64,000 nucleotides of DNA, taken from an uncultured delta proteobacterium. GTDB taxonomy: Bacteria > Desulfobacterota > Binatia > Binatales > Binataceae. The translations under genes were made by a program, and so were the position numbers. Below are positions 59,700 through 64,000 of the stretch, piece after piece. Location: assembly GCA_963788205.1 (NCBI GenBank), contig CAWBGG010000003.1, positions 21,083 through 85,082 on the forward strand, written 5' to 3'. Under the pieces are notes generated by a model. The model was not told the origin of the DNA. It made no database searches and was given only the letters and a program-made list of their open reading frames with translations. Every line of letters starts with the position of its first letter. Positions within the stretch are counted from its first letter, which is position 1.

Positions 59700-61214
59700 A
59701 TGCGGACTCTCAACGAACTCAAAGCCTTCGCGCGCGAGGCGGCCGGGCTGCTTGCGCGCGAAAAGGATTACTCCGCCTTTGAGGTTTACTGTTCGAGCAC
59801 GGAGCAGCTCATCGCCCGCCTCAACTACACTTCTGATATCCCTTGCGCCGGAGTCGAGGAGGCCAAGTCGCTGGGGGCCGACGGCTTTGCGATTCGGATC
59901 GTATCGGCACACGATCGGCACGAGGCCGGCGCCGCCTTCGAGGCCGCGGACTTCAGCCTGGAGAGCGTGCGCAACGTGCTGGCACGGGCGCGCCGCGCGC
60001 GAGTCGCCGATCCGCATTTCCCTGGCTTGCCGACCAGGCCGCGGCACCTCGCGGCGAACACACCGCCGGCGAACGATCTGATGCGCGCCCGCAACGAGCC
60101 GGTCGTCGCGGCGGCATGGCAAATCGTGCGCAACGCGATCGAGGCCTTTGGCGCGAACCGGCCAGCGACAGAAACTCCCGGCCTGATCGTGGGCGGCGAC
60201 CTGTCGCTGATCCGCGATCGGGTTGTGATCGCCAGCTCGAACTTCGGCGACCTGCGCTGCGATCAGGGCGCGTACTTCACCTCGTCGGTCGCGGCGCTGA
60301 TCGAGTCGCTCGAGGCCAAGGGCACGGCCAGCGCGATCGGGGCTTCGCTCGCCGAGATGCGGCGCGTCGCGCCAACGCTGGGCCGCGACGCCGTTGCGCG
60401 GGCGCTACGCTCGGGACGCGGTGAGCATCCAGCGGCAGGCCAGTATCGCGTCCTGCTCGGTCCGCAGCCGGTCGCCGAGATCCTCAACTATATGGTGATG
60501 GGTTCGCTGACCACGGGCGCCTTTCACGCTGCCAGCTCCTGTTATCATGGGCGCTTCGGCGATCGCGTGATGAACGCGCGGCTGTCGCTGATCGATGACC
60601 CGGCTTTCGCCGGCGGCGCGCTCGCACGGCGTATCACCTGTGAGGGCCTGCCCGCGCGCCGCGTGCGATTAGTCCAGGACGGTCGGCTGATCGGACTGCT
60701 CTCCAATTTCTACGGTGCACATCGGCTCGCGACCAACAAGGATCGCGCCGAAAAGCTCGGTCCGCACGGCAACGCGGCGAAATTCGGTGCGCACAGCGGC
60801 TATCGACTCGGTGAGGGCGGCGGCCGGCGCTTCGACTCGAATCCGGGCGCGGCGGGCACCAACGTCGTGATGCGGGCGCGGGAGGGACTTGACGAGCGCG
60901 CGATGCTCAAGGCGGTCGGCAACGGCATCTATGTCGGGCGCGTTTGGTACACCTATCCGATCAATGGCCAGCGCGCGGGCCAGTTCACCTGCACCGTCAG
61001 CGGCGACTCGTATTTGATCCGCGACGGCGCGCTCGCCGCGCCGCTGGCGCCCAACAGCCTGCGGATTGATGCGCATATCGATCAGGTGTTCGACGCCGTG
61101 GTCGCGGCGGGCAAGCGATCCCATCCGGCGCTGATTTGGGGCTCGCCCGAGGCCTACTACGTCCCGGCGCTGGTCGCGGACAAGCTAGCGCTATCGCCGG
61201 TCGGCGAGAAGTAG
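59700..61214 (+). CDS. PmbA/TldE family subunit
   Basis: GQYRVLLGP..V, LIDDP, EG; no HExxxH; follows tldD. Confidence 0.8.
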   Translation: MRTLNELKAFAREAAGLLAREKDYSAFEVYCSSTEQLIARLNYTSDIPCAGVEEAKSLGADGFAIRIVSAHDRHEAGAAFEAADFSLESVRNVLARARRARVADPHFPGLPTRPRHLAANTPPANDLMRARNEPVVAAAWQIVRNAIEAFGANRPATETPGLIVGGDLSLIRDRVVIASSNFGDLRCDQGAYFTSSVAALIESLEAKGTASAIGASLAEMRRVAPTLGRDAVARALRSGRGEHPAAGQYRVLLGPQPVAEILNYMVMGSLTTGAFHAASSCYHGRFGDRVMNARLSLIDDPAFAGGALARRITCEGLPARRVRLVQDGRLIGLLSNFYGAHRLATNKDRAEKLGPHGNAAKFGAHSGYRLGEGGGRRFDSNPGAAGTNVVMRAREGLDERAMLKAVGNGIYVGRVWYTYPINGQRAGQFTCTVSGDSYLIRDGALAAPLAPNSLRIDAHIDQVFDAVVAAGKRSHPALIWGSPEAYYVPALVADKLALSPVGEK

Positions 61215-61349
61215 GCCTCCGTCTTGCTTCGCCATTCCATGAGCTTGGCGCGCGCGAGCAGACAGACAAATCGCTTCGCGTAGGTTCTTCGGCCTCGCTG
61301 CGCTTGCCTCAGAATGGCAAGCAGGGCTCCCCTTAGGTGTCATCCTGAG

Positions 61350-62803
61350 AGTTTGTGAAGAAATTCGATTTTGGAGCGCCGAGGGGGCGTGGGCGAGAAT
61401 GGGCGTGGGGAATTGGCGTTTGGTCGGTCGGTTGCTCGGCCGATTGGGCTTCATGATGCCGGCCGCTTCACAACCAGCCCAGCCTGATCGACCGCATCAG
61501 ATTGTAGGTCAGTGCCGACCAGATTACGACGGTCAGCACCTTGCTCATGCCGCGCACCAGCAGGTGGTCAAGTCCGCGCCAGGTTTTGAGGTCGGCGTTG
61601 ACCAGTTCGGCGCTGGCGGCGCGCTCCTTATAGATCTGCTTGCCTTCGGCCGAGGCCATGCGCTGGCGATAGGCAGCGATGGCCGGGGAGTCGCCGGGTT
61701 GCGGGCTGAGCGGATTGATATGGTAAGTCCGGTTCTCGTGCGGCGGGGAAAACACTTCCACCCCGCGTGCGGCGGCGCGCTCGACCGCCTCGAAGTTCAT
61801 GTAACCGCCGTCCGCCAGGTGCTGTTGAGGAGCGCGCCCGGTGCGCCGCTCGAGCTCATCGAGCATGGGTTCCAACTGCCGGTTGTCGCTGCCGCGGTTG
61901 CAAACCCCGGTCCCCACGATGATCAGACTTTGGGTATCGGTGCCGAACTGCAGGTTGTAAGCGGGGCGAAAGCCGCCGTCGCCCAGCTTCATCACCCGCG
62001 CCTGGGGATCGGTGGTCGAAACCCTGACTTCGCGCCCGCGCTGGGGATGGTTCTTGGCCTGGCTGCGCTGCGCGCTCAATTGCTCCAACTCCGCCAGCGC
62101 CTGGCTGACACGCTGCTCGCGTTGGCGGGCCGCGCGCTGCCGTGCGGCTTGGACGCGCGCGCTGCGCTGCGGGTCGAGTTGCTCCTCCCGCTGGAGCGCT
62201 TCAAGATGGGCACGCGCAGCCTGGAGATGGCGCTCCAAGGTGGGCTGGCGATGGAACGAGGCCTGCCCCGCACTAGCCCGCACGCGGGTTCCGTCCTGCG
62301 CCACTCGATAAAGCCGCACCAGCCCCTTGTGGGTCAGCACCGCCAACACCTGACTCATCAAATCGTCCACCGCCGCACTGCTGCGAAAGTCGCTCAGGGT
62401 GTGATAGTTGACCGTTACCCCGCCGCAGATCCAGCGATACGCGTCATGCGCCTGGCTAAGCCGCGCGAGCTCCCGCGCGCTGCTCACCCCCTGGCTCAGC
62501 CCATACAGCCACAGCGCCAACAGGATCTTGGGGTCGGTCGCATCTCTACCCGCGCTTCCTTCGCGGGCCTTGATCGGCGCGTGAAACCGTTCCAGATCCA
62601 GCCCCTCCAGAATCCGCCAGATCGCCCGCGCCGGATGATCCGCAGCCAGCAACGACTCCAGATCGCACGGGCGCAGCAAAAGCTGCCGCCGATTCGCCTC
62701 CCGCAACCGCACCGCCTCGTCCATCACCGCACCTCCGCCTCACTCCCATCATCCACTTCTCAATCGCAAATGCGATCCTTCGAAGCCGAAAAATTCACAA
62801 ACT
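61350..62803 (-). mobile_element. IS1182-family insertion sequence
   Basis: TIRs AGTTTGTGAA / TTCACAAACT flanked by CTGAG duplication; exact boundary ambiguous by 1-2 bp. Confidence 0.9.
61468..62727 (-). CDS. IS1182-family transposase
   Basis: DHPARAI, SSAREL, YHTLSDFR, QDGTRVRA, STTDPQAR, PAYNLQ, ADGGY, Y.ER...AE. Confidence 0.92.
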   Translation of the reverse strand: MMDEAVRLREANRRQLLLRPCDLESLLAADHPARAIWRILEGLDLERFHAPIKAREGSAGRDATDPKILLALWLYGLSQGVSSARELARLSQAHDAYRWICGGVTVNYHTLSDFRSSAAVDDLMSQVLAVLTHKGLVRLYRVAQDGTRVRASAGQASFHRQPTLERHLQAARAHLEALQREEQLDPQRSARVQAARQRAARQREQRVSQALAELEQLSAQRSQAKNHPQRGREVRVSTTDPQARVMKLGDGGFRPAYNLQFGTDTQSLIIVGTGVCNRGSDNRQLEPMLDELERRTGRAPQQHLADGGYMNFEAVERAAARGVEVFSPPHENRTYHINPLSPQPGDSPAIAAYRQRMASAEGKQIYKERAASAELVNADLKTWRGLDHLLVRGMSKVLTVVIWSALTYNLMRSIRLGWL

Positions 62804-62854
62804 CTGAGGTGAGCGTAGCGATGCCGAAGGATCTACGCGGAGGTAAGTATCCCC

Positions 62855-62883
62855 TTGACGGCAGTACCGGAAACTGCTAGATT
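62855..62883 (+). promoter_or_regulatory. Sigma70-like promoter of the IS1595 transposase
   Basis: TTGACG-N17-TAGATT, with ATG 6 bp downstream. Confidence 0.7.
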
Positions 62884-62889
62884 TGGAGC

Positions 62890-63849
62890 ATGAGCAAGGT
62901 TAATCGAAACTTTCCACGACGTTCCGGCGCTTCCGAGAGCAGCTATTCGCGCACGGAATTCGAGCGCCAGTTTCCCGACGATGCCACGTGCTTGGATTGG
63001 CTCGTTAAGAAGCTCTACCCAAATGGCGTCTTCTGCCCGACGTGCAAGACCATCACGAAGCATCATCGCGAGAGCGGCCGTCCATCTTACGCTTGCCAGA
63101 ACTGCGGGCATCACGAACACCCGATGAAAGGCACGATCTTTGAGGATTCGGCCACGTCGCTGAAACTCTGGTTTCTTGCGATCTATATCATGTCGGCAAC
63201 GCGGTGCGGGATCAGCGCCAAGCAATTGGAGCGGGAGATTGGCGTTACTTACAAATGCGCATGGCGCATGTTCAACCGGATTCGCTCGCTGTTGGACGAA
63301 AATGGCGACAGCAGCTTCAAGTTGTCGGGCAAAGTCGAGAGCGATGAAAGTCTCTACGGCGGAAAGAGCGAGAACCGGCACCTCGGAAAGCGCGGCGGCC
63401 ACAAGGAACACTACAAAGGGAAAACCGCCGTGCTCGGCATGGTCGAACGCGGCGGGCGCGTCGTTACCAAGGTGCTTCCGACTCCGCCAACGTCCGGTGA
63501 TATTCTCCCGCACCTGAGAGCCAACATTGTGCCTCAGACCATGATCTTCACGGACGAAGCGCGCCTCTATGATCCGCTTAGCATGATGGGCTATGGGCAT
63601 CGGCGTGTGAATCATTCTGCGCAGGTCTACGTAGACGGCGATGCGCATACCAACACGATTGAGGGCTTTTGGAGTCTCACGAAGAACGGAATTCGTGGGG
63701 TCTATCACAGCGTCAGTGCCAAGTATTTGCAGATGTACCTGAATGAGTACGCCTTCAGGTTCAACCGGAGAAAGAGCTTGCATCTTGAGCAACCGATGTT
63801 CGATGCGTTCGCGGAGCGGATCACGAAGAAGGTGTCAGCTTCCGCGTAG
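62890..63849 (+). CDS. IS1595-family transposase
   Basis: CPTC..CQNC Zn ribbon, VESDES.YGG, FTDE...Y, HTNTIEGFW, YLNEYAFRFNRR. Confidence 0.95.
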   Translation: MSKVNRNFPRRSGASESSYSRTEFERQFPDDATCLDWLVKKLYPNGVFCPTCKTITKHHRESGRPSYACQNCGHHEHPMKGTIFEDSATSLKLWFLAIYIMSATRCGISAKQLEREIGVTYKCAWRMFNRIRSLLDENGDSSFKLSGKVESDESLYGGKSENRHLGKRGGHKEHYKGKTAVLGMVERGGRVVTKVLPTPPTSGDILPHLRANIVPQTMIFTDEARLYDPLSMMGYGHRRVNHSAQVYVDGDAHTNTIEGFWSLTKNGIRGVYHSVSAKYLQMYLNEYAFRFNRRKSLHLEQPMFDAFAERITKKVSASA

Positions 63850-64000
63850 CTTTCTCCAAGTCGCTAAAGAACTGATCTCGTTCCGGCTCTGGAATTGGAA
63901 TGTCACGATTCTTCCGCTTTCGTTTCCGGGCTGGCCGGGAGATCGCAGCTTCAACTGGCGCGTATCTGTTTTTGCGCTTCTTCAATTGCTCGACTGCCAC
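63821..64000 (-). CDS. Small basic hypothetical protein convergent on the transposase; may extend beyond the window
   Basis: Open frame VAVEQLKKRKNRY...RKRKRKNRDIPIPEPERDQFFSDLEKATRKLTPSS*. Confidence 0.5.
   Translation of the reverse strand: MAVEQLKKRKNRYAPVEAAISRPARKRKRKNRDIPIPEPERDQFFSDLEKATRKLTPSS

Larger units (their letters stand above)
61274..62842. repeat. REP-like 46-bp-arm hairpin split by IS1182 (arms 61274..61319; 61338..61349 plus 62809..62842)
   Basis: Rejoined right arm TGTCATCCTGAG|GTGAGCGTAGCGATGCCGAAGGATCTACGCGGAG pairs with the left arm. Confidence 0.8.
62842..64000 (+). mobile_element. IS1595-family element; left end approximate, right end outside window
   Basis: Probable left end GGTAAGTATCCCCTTGAC; lower GC; transposase follows. 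Confidence 0.7.

Overview
A 64-kb GC-rich bacterial chromosomal segment. The core gene order (mutS-amidase-glnD-xerD-site-2 protease-scpA-scpB, udg-nfeD-slipin, recO, tldD-pmbA, gspE-N) looks deltaproteobacteria-like, possibly Ca. Binatota; that assignment is inference only. The left ~17 kb is a patchwork of accessory, mostly secreted proteins, followed by a type II secretion cluster (gspE-N, no gspC/D), metabolic and housekeeping genes, and an IS1182 and an IS1595 at the right end. Many genes in the first 28 kb carry small frameshifts, probably long-read errors. No rRNA, tRNA or CRISPR array was seen. The most interesting signal is non-coding. (i) Accessory genes sit between 38-90 bp direct repeats at three loci, with no dedicated integrase; one repeat is a triplicated sigma70-like promoter and another an att-like dyad. 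(ii) A three-copy nested element has outer inverted repeats around a covarying REP-like hairpin. (iii) A ~100-bp promoter/leader is shared by two unrelated genes 45 kb apart. (iv) There is a separate 107-bp MITE and a REP-like hairpin hit by two IS elements. (v) Short tandem duplications recur at gene junctions. All identities were counted by eye.
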